From: Nakamurella sp.
Lineage (GTDB): Bacteria; Actinomycetota; Actinomycetes; Mycobacteriales; Nakamurellaceae
DNA: 64,000 nt
Reading direction: 5' to 3'
Assembly (NCBI GenBank): GCA_044223435.1
Contig: JBGALY010000011.1
Coordinates: forward strand, 66,787 to 130,786
Shown here: positions 45,068-55,052 of the stretch, one piece after another
Layout of the letters: every line of letters begins with the position of its first letter
Position numbering within the stretch: position 1 is the stretch's first letter
Made by a program: the position numbers and the translations under genes
The notes under the pieces: generated by a model
What the model saw: the letters and a program-made list of their open reading frames with translations, nothing else
What the model was told of the DNA's origin: nothing
The model's database searches: none

Positions 45068-46141
45068 TCACCGGCCCGTCAACGCACTCCGGTAGATCCG
45101 CTCGTGGGCGTCGGCGATCCGGCGCCGCTGGGCCCGCCGATCCGGCTTGGGCGGCGTGGCCAGGTCGGGCTCCCGCCGGACCCGGCCGAGCACGTCGGCG
45201 AACCGGGCGGGGTCCACCGCGCCGTCGGCCGCCCGGGGGAAGGCGGGATGTCCGTGTTGCTCGGCGTAGTGGCCCAGGTCCGGGACCAGCACACCGCTGC
45301 CGACGTCGACACAGGCCTCGAGCCAACCCGAGTGGGTGCCGAACGCGTAGGGCAGCACGGAAAGGTCGAGCGAGTGCAGGTGCTCCCACAGCTGCTCGTC
45401 GGTGAGCCGCGGATGCGTCCACACCGACCAGCGGTCGTCGCCCTGCCGGGCGTCGAGGAACTTCCGGACACCCGCCGCGCGCTCGTCGTCCCGGGACAGG
45501 ATCCCCGGGTGCACGTCGACCTGGACCCGGGTGCCGGGCAGGCCGGGGAGTGCCGCGGCCAGCGCCCGCAACACGGGCAACGGATCGACGTTGGCCCGCA
45601 GGTCCTTGATGCTGACCCCGACGACGAACTCGGGGCCCGGGCCGGCGGGCGCCGGCGGGGCGGTCCAGTCGAGCGCGACGATGTGCGGATGCGGGATCAC
45701 GGTGGCCCGCCGACCCCACCGGCGGTGGATGACGGCCGCGGCCCCCGGCGTCAGGGTGATCAACCGATCGGCGCGGGGGATCACCACGTCCAACAATGCG
45801 AGGTGGGGCCGTTGATCGGACAGATGCGGGTTGACCAGGTCGTGCACGGTGACGACCAGCGGCCGGCCGGCGCCGGCCAGGTCGGCGCACCAGCCGGCCA
45901 GGGTCACCGGATCGGCCGACTCGAAGCCGAAATGCAGGTGCATCAGGTCGAACTCGTGGTGATGCCGCCCGATCCACGCCCGGTCCAACATCACCGGCGG
46001 CCACCATTGACCGGGGACCGGGTCGGCGACCGCCGGAACCGGGTCCGGCAGCCGGACCACCCGGTCGGAACCATCGAACGGGGCGAGGTGCTGGACGTAA
46101 GGATGCCCGGCCGGGATTGAAGCGACGCGCACACCGGCCAT
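45068..46141 (-). CDS. Glycosyltransferase-like protein (GT-B-like, family unclear)
   Basis: ATG at 46141 follows ACGGAGG. Product starts MAGVRVASIPAGHPYVQHL and has DLMHLHFGFE and LVVTVHDL. It is the first gene of the minus-strand glycosyltransferase operon. Confidence 0.55.
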   Translation of the reverse strand: MAGVRVASIPAGHPYVQHLAPFDGSDRVVRLPDPVPAVADPVPGQWWPPVMLDRAWIGRHHHEFDLMHLHFGFESADPVTLAGWCADLAGAGRPLVVTVHDLVNPHLSDQRPHLALLDVVIPRADRLITLTPGAAAVIHRRWGRRATVIPHPHIVALDWTAPPAPAGPGPEFVVGVSIKDLRANVDPLPVLRALAAALPGLPGTRVQVDVHPGILSRDDERAAGVRKFLDARQGDDRWSVWTHPRLTDEQLWEHLHSLDLSVLPYAFGTHSGWLEACVDVGSGVLVPDLGHYAEQHGHPAFPRAADGAVDPARFADVLGRVRREPDLATPPKPDRRAQRRRIADAHERIYRSALTGR

Positions 46142-46255
46142 GGCCGCCTCCGTCGTCGATCGTCCAACCTGTCGCAGACCCAGGTACCCGGCGCGGACCG
46201 GACCACACGGTGACGAAGACGGCCGTGCGAGGCCCGCGCGGCGGGGTACAGGCAC

Positions 46256-47326
46256 ATGATGGCCGGCCTGCAGCACGTTCCCGACGACCGCATCGCTCTG
46301 GGCATCTGCGGGCCGGACGGCCACGGGGTGTCCGGGCTGGCCCGGCGGATCGCCACCGCGGCCGGCGATCTCGGCTTTGCCGGGACGGTGCTCGACGAGC
46401 CGGATCCGGCGCGCCTGGCCGACCTGGCGGGCCGCCTCCCGGCGCCGGTGCGGCTGCTGCACCTGCACGTCAGCGACTGGTTGATCGCCGATGCGGGGGC
46501 CGAACCAGACCGGGTGCTGGCCGCGCTGGTGCAGGCCCTCGGGACCCGTGGGGTGCGCCTGGCCATCACCCTGCACGACGTGCCCCAGGTCTGCGACGGA
46601 CCCGAACTGGTCCGCCGACGGGCGCGCACCTACGGCGCCCTCGTGTCCGCGTCGGTGGGGGTAGCCGTCTGCAGTGCGCACGAGCGCTCCCTGCTGCGCG
46701 AAGTCGTCGGCATCGCTGAGGACTCGGTCGCGGTCGTTCCGCTGCCGATCGATCCGACCCCGGGTGGCCCGCCGCCGCGCACCACGAACCCGGCCGGCCC
46801 GCCGACCGTGGCCGTGCTCGGCTACCTGTACCCGGGCAAGGGGCACCGCGAGCTGCTGGACGATCTGGCCGGCATCGACCCCCCGGTCGGCGTCCTGGCC
46901 ATCGGCCGACCGTCGGAACGCCACCAGGACCTGCCCGCCGAACTGTCCGCGGTGGCCGCCCGGCACGGAATCTCGTTCCGCACCACCGGATTTGTGCCGG
47001 ACGACCAACTGCTCGCGCAGCTCCGGGCACCGGTCATCCCGGTCGCCCCGCAGACCAAGATCTCAGCGTCGGCCTCCATCAACACCTGGATCGGCGCGGG
47101 ACGCCGCCCGCTGGTGCAGGCCGGCCGCTACGCGGAGGAGCTGGCCGGACGGCTGCCCGGAGCGGTGCGGATCTATCGTCCAGGACGCCTTCGCGCCGAG
47201 GTGGACCGCGCACGCGCGGATCCGACCCTTACCTGGCTGCCGGACCGACTGCGGGTCGGTCCGACGACCCCGGACGTGGCCGGGATGCATCTCGCCTGGC
47301 TACGCGACAGGCTGCTGGCGACCTGA
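46256..47326 (+). CDS. Glycosyltransferase-like protein (GT-B-like), divergent from the minus-strand glycosyltransferase operon
   Basis: 356 aa. It has LLHLHVSDW, RLAITLHDV and VLGYLYPGKGH. The layout is similar to the 45068-46141 product. Confidence 0.5.
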   Translation: MMAGLQHVPDDRIALGICGPDGHGVSGLARRIATAAGDLGFAGTVLDEPDPARLADLAGRLPAPVRLLHLHVSDWLIADAGAEPDRVLAALVQALGTRGVRLAITLHDVPQVCDGPELVRRRARTYGALVSASVGVAVCSAHERSLLREVVGIAEDSVAVVPLPIDPTPGGPPPRTTNPAGPPTVAVLGYLYPGKGHRELLDDLAGIDPPVGVLAIGRPSERHQDLPAELSAVAARHGISFRTTGFVPDDQLLAQLRAPVIPVAPQTKISASASINTWIGAGRRPLVQAGRYAEELAGRLPGAVRIYRPGRLRAEVDRARADPTLTWLPDRLRVGPTTPDVAGMHLAWLRDRLLAT

Positions 47327-47424
47327 CGGCAGCGCCTTCGACCAGGATGTGAAGCCTTCGCTTGACAGTTTGATCGCTTACCAGCAGTATCTGAAGTATT
47401 CGCTTCAGAAAGGCGGGGACACCC

Positions 47425-48018
47425 ATGCCATCCCCCGACGGAACGATCCCGCCGCGCGTGGTGGTCGGGGCGCAGGCCCTGGCCGCCCTGGCCGTGCCCG
47501 CCCGTTACGCCCTGATGAGTCACCTGCTCGCCGCGGGTCCCCGCACGGCCAGTCAGTGCGCGGAGGTGATCGGGGAGACCGCGTCCAACTGCTCCTGGCA
47601 CTTGCGAGCCCTGGCCAAGGTGGGCCTGGTCGAGCCGGCACCGCCGCCCGCCAACGACGCGCGAAGCCGACCGTGGCGGGCGACAGCCTCAGGCTTCGAC
47701 TTCTCCGGCGGCCCCGATCCGGCCGGGACCCTCGTCCAGACAGCCCTTGCGGCGATCTCGGCCCAGCACGATAATGCCTTGCATCAAAGCTATCTCGCGC
47801 GTCGGGAGCTACTCCCGGCGGAATGGGCGGCCGCCGGGGCGGACAACCGGTACAGCCTCGCGCTCACCCCCGACGAGTTGCATGATCTCCTGGCCGCCGT
47901 CGACGCGTTGATCCGTCCCTACGTCCGGCTGCTGCGATCGGACGCCGCACCCGAGGCCCGCACCGTGCAGCTGTCGCTCCGGGCGTTCCTCAATCCGGAC
48001 GTGGCGGAATCGCCGTGA
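47425..48018 (+). CDS. ArsR-like winged-helix transcriptional regulator
   Basis: It has PARYALMSHLLAAGPRTASQCAEVIGETASNCSWHLRALAKVGLVE. It overlaps the downstream MFS gene by 4 nt. Confidence 0.75.
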   Translation: MPSPDGTIPPRVVVGAQALAALAVPARYALMSHLLAAGPRTASQCAEVIGETASNCSWHLRALAKVGLVEPAPPPANDARSRPWRATASGFDFSGGPDPAGTLVQTALAAISAQHDNALHQSYLARRELLPAEWAAAGADNRYSLALTPDELHDLLAAVDALIRPYVRLLRSDAAPEARTVQLSLRAFLNPDVAESP

Positions 48019-49256
48019 CCACGCTCGCGGTGCTCCGGCGGCCCGGGATCGGCCGCCTGGGCGCCGCGGGTCTGCTGTCCGAGATCGGCGACTGGATGCT
48101 GCTGATCGCACTTCCGCTGTACGTCCTGCAGATGAGCGGCTCGGCCCTGGTCACCGCGACCGTGTTCGCCCTGGAACTGGTCCCCACGGTGGTGTGCGCG
48201 CCGTTCGTCGGCGTGCTCATCGACGCGACCGACCCCTGGCGGCTGATGAAGGCGATCGCGATCGTGCAGGCCGCCGCGCTGCTGCCGCTGCTCTGGGCGG
48301 ACTCGGCCGACGATCTCTGGATCGTCTACGCGGTGGCCGTCGCGCAGTCGGTGCTGGGCACCGTCATCGAACCGAGCCGAGCGGTGACCGCGGCGGCGAT
48401 CGTCCCGCCGAGCGAGCTGCTGACCCTCAACCAGTCGCTCGGCGTGCTGTCCAGCCTGGCCCGGCTGATCGGCGGGCCGTTGGGTGGCATCACCGTCGGG
48501 TGGGGTGGCATCACCGCGGTCGTCCTGGCCGATGCCGCGACGTTCCTGCTCACGGCGTTGATCCTGCAGACCGGTCGACCGCGGCAACCGCGGCCGAGTC
48601 GCCGATCGGCCGGGTCCGGTCCCGTGCGGCGGCCCATCACCGCGGGTCGGCGTCGAGCCGGTGCGCCAGCCGGTTGGCGGGCGGGGCTGCTGGTCATCGC
48701 TCGCACCCCGGCGTTGCGCCGGGTGCTGACCGTCTGCGTCCTGGCGGCCCTGGCTCAAGGCGGCTTCGTCGTCCTCTTCGTGCTTTTCGTCATCCGCGAT
48801 CTGCACGGCACGGAGGCCGACGTCGGCCTGCTGCGCGGTGTCCAGGCCGTGGGGGCGATCGTCGGTGGCGTCGCCCTCGGCGCGGTGGCTCACCGATTCC
48901 GCGCCGGCCGGCTGGTGGCGGGATCCCTGGCCGTCTTCGGCCTGCTGACCCTGGCGATCTGGAACGCACCCCTGTTCACCACCTCCTTCGGTCTCTACGT
49001 CGCCCTGTTCATCGTCGTCGGCCTGCCCGGACTCCTGCTGACCACCGGGATGCTCACCATCGTGCAGTCCAGCGCCGTGCCGGACGTCCGCGGCCGGGTC
49101 CTGAGCACCTTCTATGCCGTCGGTGGGGCGGCGCAGGCCGCCGGCATGCTCTTGGCCGGTCTCGTCGGAACCGGCGGGGGACTCACCGTCGCGCTCCAGG
49201 TGCAGGGCGTGCTGTACCTGATCGCCGCCGGGCTGGCGCTGCGGCTGCCGGCGTGA
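48015..49256 (+). CDS. MFS transporter (EntS/MFS_3-like)
   Basis: 413 aa with about 12 TM segments. The N-terminus RLGAAGLLSEIGDWMLLIALPLYVLQMSGSA is typical of this MFS subgroup. Confidence 0.85.
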   Translation: MTTLAVLRRPGIGRLGAAGLLSEIGDWMLLIALPLYVLQMSGSALVTATVFALELVPTVVCAPFVGVLIDATDPWRLMKAIAIVQAAALLPLLWADSADDLWIVYAVAVAQSVLGTVIEPSRAVTAAAIVPPSELLTLNQSLGVLSSLARLIGGPLGGITVGWGGITAVVLADAATFLLTALILQTGRPRQPRPSRRSAGSGPVRRPITAGRRRAGAPAGWRAGLLVIARTPALRRVLTVCVLAALAQGGFVVLFVLFVIRDLHGTEADVGLLRGVQAVGAIVGGVALGAVAHRFRAGRLVAGSLAVFGLLTLAIWNAPLFTTSFGLYVALFIVVGLPGLLLTTGMLTIVQSSAVPDVRGRVLSTFYAVGGAAQAAGMLLAGLVGTGGGLTVALQVQGVLYLIAAGLALRLPA

Positions 49257-49410
49257 TCAGGGACTTCCTGCCCTGCCCCGGACGACCGGGCACGCGGGAG
49301 GGTATCTCTCATCGCCGTCCCCGAGGAGGTGGGCAGCCGTGTCGGCACCCGAACGGCCCCGATGTGGATGCCCGAAGACCGTCCCGCGGCCGACTCGAGC
49401 CCAGTGAACC

Positions 49411-50979
49411 ATGATCGACCTTCTCGCGGCCAGCCCCTTGCTGACGCTCATGGTGGTGGTGGCCCTGGGCACCCTGCTCGGGATCGTGCCGTTCGGTGCG
49501 GTCAAGCTCGGGCCGGCGGGGGCCCTGTTCGTCGGCCTGGCCTTCGGAGCGATCGACCCGCGGCTGGGCGAGGGCCTGGATCTGGTCCGCACCCTCGGCC
49601 TGGCCCTGTTCGTGTACACGGTCGGCCTGGCCTCCGGGTCGGCCTTCTTCCACTCGGTCCGGCGCCAACTCCCCATGATGCTCAGCGCGCTCGGCGTCCT
49701 GGCGATCTCGACCGTCCTGGTCATCGAGGTCGGGGGTGCGTTCGGCCTGAACTCGGCGGTCCGGGGTGGCGCCTTTGCCGGTTCGTTGACCAGCACTCCG
49801 GCCCTGGCCTCGGCCACCGCGCGGGCGGCCAGCAACGAACCCGCGGTGGGATACGCACTGACCTATCCGTTCGGCGTGGTGCTGACCATCGTGGCCATGT
49901 CGGTCATCCTGAACCGGAAGTGGGCGTGCCCGAAGGATCAACCGCCGCTCGCCGCGCAGGCGCTGGTCGACTTCACCATCGAGGTCCAGCGATCGGCCCG
50001 GCTGTCGGACGTGCCCGGATTCGCCGAGCACCTCATCCGCTTCTCCTACCTGCGCCGCGGTGCGGTCACCCGGGTGGTCCGGGACGACGAGGAGCTGAGC
50101 CCGGGAGACCGGGTGGTGATCATCGGACCCGCCGGCCCGGCGGCCGCAGCCTGCGAGTTCCTGGGCCGCCGGGCCAAACGCCATCTGGCCCATGACCGCT
50201 CCGAGGTCGACTACCGCCGGATCCTGATCTCGAGCCCGATGATTGCCGGGCGAACGGTCGGCAGCCTGGACATCCCCCACCGGTTCGACGGGATCATCAC
50301 CCGGGTACGCCGCGGTGACACCGAACTGCTCGCCCGGGACGACCTGGTCGTCGAACTCGGCGACCGGCTCCGCGTGGTCGTACCGCGCCGGTGGATGGGC
50401 GACGTCGGCCACTACCTCGGCGATTCGGAGCGCAAGATCAGCGAGGTCGACGCGCTGAGCCTGAGCATCGGACTGGCCGCGGGCCTGCTGGTCGGTCTGA
50501 TCAAGGTGCCCATCCCCGGCGGTATCAGCCTCAGTCTCGGTGCTTCGGCCGGGCCGCTGGTCGTCGGCATGATCCTGGGCCGGCAGGAGCGGACCGGGCG
50601 GATCGTCTGGGGCCTGCCGAACTCGGCCAACCTGACCATCCGCCAGCTTGGACTGCTGCTGTTTCTGGCCGCCACCGGACTGGCGTCCGGGCAGGCGTTC
50701 GCCTCCCAGGCATTCACCGGCGCGGGACTGCGGATCGTGATCACCGGCATCATCGTGGTCGCGATCACCGATGTCACCCTCGCCGTGGTGGCCAGGATGT
50801 TCGGCACCAGCCCGGTACGCGCCGCCGGCCTCCTCGCCGGGCTGATCAGCCAGCCGGCCATCCTGGCCTACGGCAACTCCAAGGTCGACGACGAACGTCT
50901 GGGCGCCGGATTCACCGCCCTGTTCGCCGTCGGCATGATCGCCAAAGTGATGCTGGTGCAGCTGATCGTCGCGATGTAG
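49411..50979 (+). CDS. AAE-family transporter (YidE/YbjL-type, two membrane halves flanking two TrkA-C/RCK_C domains)
   Basis: 522 aa. N- and C-terminal hydrophobic halves have repeated G...lGl.LF....Gl.sG motifs. The central soluble region has DRVVIIG and GDRLRVV (RCK_C-like). Confidence 0.8.
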   Translation: MIDLLAASPLLTLMVVVALGTLLGIVPFGAVKLGPAGALFVGLAFGAIDPRLGEGLDLVRTLGLALFVYTVGLASGSAFFHSVRRQLPMMLSALGVLAISTVLVIEVGGAFGLNSAVRGGAFAGSLTSTPALASATARAASNEPAVGYALTYPFGVVLTIVAMSVILNRKWACPKDQPPLAAQALVDFTIEVQRSARLSDVPGFAEHLIRFSYLRRGAVTRVVRDDEELSPGDRVVIIGPAGPAAAACEFLGRRAKRHLAHDRSEVDYRRILISSPMIAGRTVGSLDIPHRFDGIITRVRRGDTELLARDDLVVELGDRLRVVVPRRWMGDVGHYLGDSERKISEVDALSLSIGLAAGLLVGLIKVPIPGGISLSLGASAGPLVVGMILGRQERTGRIVWGLPNSANLTIRQLGLLLFLAATGLASGQAFASQAFTGAGLRIVITGIIVVAITDVTLAVVARMFGTSPVRAAGLLAGLISQPAILAYGNSKVDDERLGAGFTALFAVGMIAKVMLVQLIVAM

Positions 50980-51085
50980 GACGGCGCAAGCTCGGCCGCC
51001 GGGGGAACCGTCCTGACCGGGCCGGAGGCGCGGGCTGTCGCCGGTTCGGGCGACGCGGCGGCGCAGGACCGTACCCTGGGACAGG

Positions 51086-51589
51086 ATGAGCGATCAGGAC
51101 CCGGCGTGGGTGACGTTGCGCGACGGCCGGCGGGTGCTGATCCGCCCGATCCGCGCCGGTGACGGGGCCGCGCTCGTGGACGCCTTCCAGCAGCTCTCGG
51201 CGAACTCCAAGCGGCTCCGGTTCGGCTCGGCACCGCGGAACCTCAGTGCCGCCGCGCTCCGGCATCTGGTCGACTCGGTCGACGGGGTCGACCACGTGGC
51301 CTTCGCCGCCTTCGACGATGCCGCACGGCTGGTCGGGGTCGCCCGGATCCTGCGCTACCCGGACGACCGGGACATCCTGGACGTCGGGATGGCGGTCGCC
51401 GACGACTACCAGGGCGCCGGCCTGGGCCACGTCCTGGGGCATCTGCTCGCCGCCAACCGGCCCCGCCCCGCGAAGCGGATCGAGACGACGGTGGCCGTCG
51501 AGAACGAGGCGGTGATGACCCTGTTCCGGGCATTCGGTGCGAGCCCGACCCGCCAGGGCACCGGCGTCGTGATCGAACTGCCGAACTGA
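51086..51589 (+). CDS. GNAT-family N-acetyltransferase
   Basis: 167 aa. It has IRPIRAGDGAAL and the acetyl-CoA loop VADDYQGAGLGHVL. Confidence 0.75.
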   Translation: MSDQDPAWVTLRDGRRVLIRPIRAGDGAALVDAFQQLSANSKRLRFGSAPRNLSAAALRHLVDSVDGVDHVAFAAFDDAARLVGVARILRYPDDRDILDVGMAVADDYQGAGLGHVLGHLLAANRPRPAKRIETTVAVENEAVMTLFRAFGASPTRQGTGVVIELPN

Positions 51590-51657
51590 CGAGATCTCGC
51601 TCGACCGAGCCCACGAAGATCAGCCGGAGCAGAGAAGGCCCGGCCTACGGTGGTTCG

Positions 51658-52353
51658 GTGCGACAGACAACGGCCCGAGCCCGCCCGTCCGGGTCGCCGC
51701 GACGGCGACTGATCGGCCCAGATCGGGCAACGATCGCGAGCAAACCCGCTGCCGCGGCTGGATTCTGCCTGGACCGGCTGGTCCGCCGGAACCTGCGAGG
51801 GGTCTGGGTGCGCGGCGAACTACCGGCCGGGTCAGCGATCTGGGTGGCCAATCACCACAGCTGGTGGGACTACTTCGTCGCCCTCTCGGCCCTGCGGACG
51901 GCCGGTCGGGGCGACATCGGCGTCCTGATGGATCCGGCCAACATCGCGTCCCGGACGGTGTTCGGCTGGGCCGGCGCGGTGGGCTCGGATCGGCTGCGCG
52001 CGGCCGCCGAGCTGGCGCTGTCGGGTGGGGTGCTCGTCATCTTCCCGGAGGGTGAGCTGCGGCCGCCCGGCCCGCTGGGCCCGGTGCGACCGGGCGCGGC
52101 CTGGCTCGCCCGGCGCACGGGGGCGACGCCGCTGGCGGTCGCGACGCGGATCGTGCTCCGTGGACATCAGGCCCCGGAGGCCTACCTCGACGTCGTTCCC
52201 GTGCCCGCCGCGACCGGGCTGCCGGCAATCCTGGCGGATCGGCTCGCGGCTCTCGACGACGCCCTGGCCGCCGCGGATCCAGCGCATCCGTTGCCGGGGT
52301 ACCGGCAGGTAGTACGGGGTGTGCGCAGTTGGTCCGAGCGGATTTCCCGGTGA
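51658..52353 (+). CDS. 1-acyl-sn-glycerol-3-phosphate acyltransferase (PlsC)-family acyltransferase, CruD-like by context
   Basis: It has the HX4D motif VANHHSWWDY and the FPEGE motif VIFPEGEL. It is the first gene of the plus-strand carotenoid-modification operon. The start is uncertain. Confidence 0.7.
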   Translation: MRQTTARARPSGSPRRRLIGPDRATIASKPAAAAGFCLDRLVRRNLRGVWVRGELPAGSAIWVANHHSWWDYFVALSALRTAGRGDIGVLMDPANIASRTVFGWAGAVGSDRLRAAAELALSGGVLVIFPEGELRPPGPLGPVRPGAAWLARRTGATPLAVATRIVLRGHQAPEAYLDVVPVPAATGLPAILADRLAALDDALAAADPAHPLPGYRQVVRGVRSWSERISR

Positions 52354-53486
52354 CGATCCCGCGGCGGTCGGGGCCGATCGGCGGGCGCGCGATCGAACTG
52401 GCCGCGGTGCCGGTGCTCGCCTTCCTCTCGGTCAAGCTGGCCGTGCTGGTCGCCAACCTGTGGTGGTTCCCCACCCTGCCCCGGCATCCTCCGGCGAGGC
52501 GGTCGAACCACCGGGATTCGGCCCTGCTCGTCCCGCTGCGCGACGAGGCAGAGCGGATCCCGCTGACGCTGCCGGGCATGCTGACGGCCGGGTTCGGCGA
52601 GGTGCTGCTGCTCGACGACGGGTCCACCGACGGCACCGCGGCCGTCGTGCGACGGATGCTGCAGGGCGCGCCAGCGCAGACCCGGGTCCGTCTGCTCAGC
52701 GGCCGTCCGCGACCGCCCGGTTGGGCCGGCAAGACGTGGGCCTGCACGCAGCTCGCGCAGGCCAGCGACGCCGGGACGCTGGTGTTCTGCGATGCCGACG
52801 TGCTGCTGGCGCCCGGGGCCGCCCACGCGATCCTGGGCGAAATGGAACGCCAGGAGGCACAGGTTTTCTCTGTGTTCCCGCGGCATCGCACCGGGACCTG
52901 GAGCGAACGCCTGCTGGCTCCGCTGATCGTCGACGTGCTGCTGTGCTGGCTCCCGTTCGGCCTGTTGCGGACGCCGGTCAGGTCGGCCGCCGCGGCCCAC
53001 GGGGCGCTGTTCGTGTTCCGCCGCGACGCGTACTCGGCGGTGGGTGGTTTCGGCGCGGTCCGCGCCGCGGTCGTGGAGGATGTCGCCTTGACCCGGGCCG
53101 TCCGGGCGCGCGGGCTGCGGCTGGGCCTGGCCCTCGGCGGCGCCACCGCGCAGGTGCGGATGTACCGGAACCGGCGCGAGGTCGCAGCGGGCCTGGGTCG
53201 GGGACTGCTGCCCATGGCGGGCGGCCGCCGCTGGCTGGTGCTGGCGGCCTGGTTCTGGCATGTGCTGGCCTACACCGCGCCGCCGCTGCTGGGGATCGGC
53301 CGGCCGCGGTGGCGGCTGGCCGCTGCGCTCGGCCTGGCCGAGCGCACCCTGCTGGAGCTCAAGACCGGTGGCCGCGACTGGGCGGCCGCCCTGGCGGTCC
53401 CCGCCTCGCCGATCGCCGCGATTCCCGTCATCGGGCAGGGCCTGCGCCGGCGGCAGGTCTGGCGAGGCCGGAGTTACCCCACGTGA
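52329..53486 (+). CDS. Glycosyltransferase family 2 (carotenoid glycosyltransferase CrtX/CruC-like by context)
   Basis: It has LLVPLRDEAERI, LLLDDGSTDGT, LVFCDADVLL and VVEDVAL, with C-terminal TM helices. The alternative GTG start at 52350 gives a GTGA overlap with the upstream stop codon. Confidence 0.75.
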   Translation: MVRADFPVTIPRRSGPIGGRAIELAAVPVLAFLSVKLAVLVANLWWFPTLPRHPPARRSNHRDSALLVPLRDEAERIPLTLPGMLTAGFGEVLLLDDGSTDGTAAVVRRMLQGAPAQTRVRLLSGRPRPPGWAGKTWACTQLAQASDAGTLVFCDADVLLAPGAAHAILGEMERQEAQVFSVFPRHRTGTWSERLLAPLIVDVLLCWLPFGLLRTPVRSAAAAHGALFVFRRDAYSAVGGFGAVRAAVVEDVALTRAVRARGLRLGLALGGATAQVRMYRNRREVAAGLGRGLLPMAGGRRWLVLAAWFWHVLAYTAPPLLGIGRPRWRLAAALGLAERTLLELKTGGRDWAAALAVPASPIAAIPVIGQGLRRRQVWRGRSYPT

Positions 53487-54685
53487 GCCGCTCGCGCTTG
53501 TCCCCGCACGTCCCGCCGCAGTCCGCCGATCAGTCCGACCCCGCGCCGGGGTCGCCCTTCCCGAGCCCGGCCGGCGCCCGGCTCAGCGGTCACCTGCCCC
53601 GCTGGGGGCGCGACGCGATCGCCCTGCTGGAGGAGGGCGCCCGGCTGGGACCGGTGTTCCGGGTGCGGCTCTGGCGTAGCGCGCTCGTCGGCTTCCGGCC
53701 GGAGTGGAACCGGATGATCCTGAGCGACCTGGAGACGTTCCGCAGCCGGGGCAGCATGAGCCAGCTGTCGCCGTACCTGCGCGGCGGCGTCATCGCACTG
53801 GAGACCCCCGGGCACCGCCGCCGGCGCAGCCGGCTCAACCCCTCGTTCCACCGCCGCGCCGTCACCCCGTTGTTCTCCGGCCGGTTCGACGACGTCGTGG
53901 ATCGATGCCTGCCCACCGGCGTCTTCGACGCGGTGTCCTGGGCCTCGGCGGTCGTCCGCCGGATGCTGGCCGACGCCTTCTTCGGTCCCGGCGACCCACC
54001 GGTCGACCTTGGCCGGTTCCTGGCCCCACTGGACCGGGCGCTGCCCGCGCCGCTGCTCCCGCGTCCGGTCCGGATCGGGCGGATGACCACCGTCCTGCAG
54101 GACGCGATGGCCGATCCACCACCGGCGACGCTGATCGCGGCGTTCGCCGGTCTGCCCGGGCCGGTCGCGGCCGAGGAGGCCCGGGTCGCGCTGGCCGCCG
54201 GCTATGACACGACCGCTCACACGTTGGCCTTCACGCTGTGGGAGGTGGCCGGACGGTCCGACCTGAACGACGCGGATCGCACCGAGGTCGTCGTTCGGGA
54301 GGCGCTGCGGCTGTATCCGGCCGGGTGGATCGGCAGTCGCGTCGCGACCCGGGCCGTCGAGATCGACGGCCGGCCAATCCGGGCCGGGCAGCTGGTCCTG
54401 TACAGCCCGTACCTGACCCACCGGGACCCGCAGATGTGGGCGCAGCCCACCGAGTTTCGTCCCGAACGTTTCGACCAGCCGATGCCGGCCTGGGGGTACC
54501 TGCCGTTCGGAGCGGGGGAGCGCAGCTGCCTGGGAGCCGCACTGGCCATCGCGATGGTGGCGGCGGCGACGCGCGCCTTCGCCCGGGGCACGCTGCGCCG
54601 GGTCGCCGGCGACCCGCGGCCGGCCGGTGTCCTGACGCTGACCCCCCGGGGGCCGCTGATACTGGAACACCGGCCCCGCTCGTGA
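53483..54685 (+). CDS. Cytochrome P450
   Basis: The GTG start has a GTGA overlap with the GT2 stop codon. It has I-helix AGYDTTAH, EXXR in VVREALRLYP, and the heme loop FGAGERSCLG. Confidence 0.85.
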   Translation: MSRSRLSPHVPPQSADQSDPAPGSPFPSPAGARLSGHLPRWGRDAIALLEEGARLGPVFRVRLWRSALVGFRPEWNRMILSDLETFRSRGSMSQLSPYLRGGVIALETPGHRRRRSRLNPSFHRRAVTPLFSGRFDDVVDRCLPTGVFDAVSWASAVVRRMLADAFFGPGDPPVDLGRFLAPLDRALPAPLLPRPVRIGRMTTVLQDAMADPPPATLIAAFAGLPGPVAAEEARVALAAGYDTTAHTLAFTLWEVAGRSDLNDADRTEVVVREALRLYPAGWIGSRVATRAVEIDGRPIRAGQLVLYSPYLTHRDPQMWAQPTEFRPERFDQPMPAWGYLPFGAGERSCLGAALAIAMVAAATRAFARGTLRRVAGDPRPAGVLTLTPRGPLILEHRPRS

Positions 54686-54704
54686 CCGATTCGGAGGTAT
54701 CCCG

Positions 54705-55052
54705 GTGCAGCACCTGACGTACCTGGCGGTCCTGCTGGCCTGCCTGGTCCTGACGGCCCCGCTCGAATTCGTCATCGGAGCCCGGGTGTACCGGCAGTGG
54801 CGGCGGGCCGCGGCGGCGATCCTGCCGGTCGCCACGGCGTTCGTGCTCTGGGACTATCTGGCCACCCACGCCGGCTGGTGGTGGTTCGACGAGCAGTACC
54901 TGACGGGCCTGTTCGTCGGCGCCCTGCCCTGGGAGGAGCTGATGTTCTTCCTCGTCGTTCCGATCTGTGCCCTCCTGACGTTCGAGGCGGTGCGCCGGCT
55001 CAAGCCGCGCTGGGCCGGCGTCGCCGCGAACGACCTGGAGGACCGGCGATGA
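54705..55052 (+). CDS. crtYc: Lycopene cyclase domain protein (heterodimeric lycopene beta-cyclase subunit)
   Basis: 115 aa, three TM helices, with LPWEELMFFLVVP (the PxEE motif of CrtYc/Yd cyclases). Confidence 0.8.
   Translation: MQHLTYLAVLLACLVLTAPLEFVIGARVYRQWRRAAAAILPVATAFVLWDYLATHAGWWWFDEQYLTGLFVGALPWEELMFFLVVPICALLTFEAVRRLKPRWAGVAANDLEDRR

Noticed and set aside
45068-47326. Calling the two divergent GT-B-like genes recent paralogues.
   Set aside because: They share only a loose motif layout (HLH...W, (V/I)T(V/L)HD(L/V)). The sequences are too divergent by eye to claim duplication without an alignment.
47327-47424. A TTGACA box plus TATCTG, the CTGAAG-N6-CTTCAG dyad and the TCGCTT triplet upstream of the ArsR-like gene, considered as a defined promoter and operator.
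   Set aside because: The spacing between TTGACA and the only -10-like hexamer is 20 nt, which is too long. The dyad arms are only 6 nt. I note it as a low-GC control region but do not call it a feature.
49257-49410. A possible riboswitch or leader upstream of the AAE transporter gene.
   Set aside because: I could see no conserved riboswitch core and no convincing terminator/antiterminator pair.
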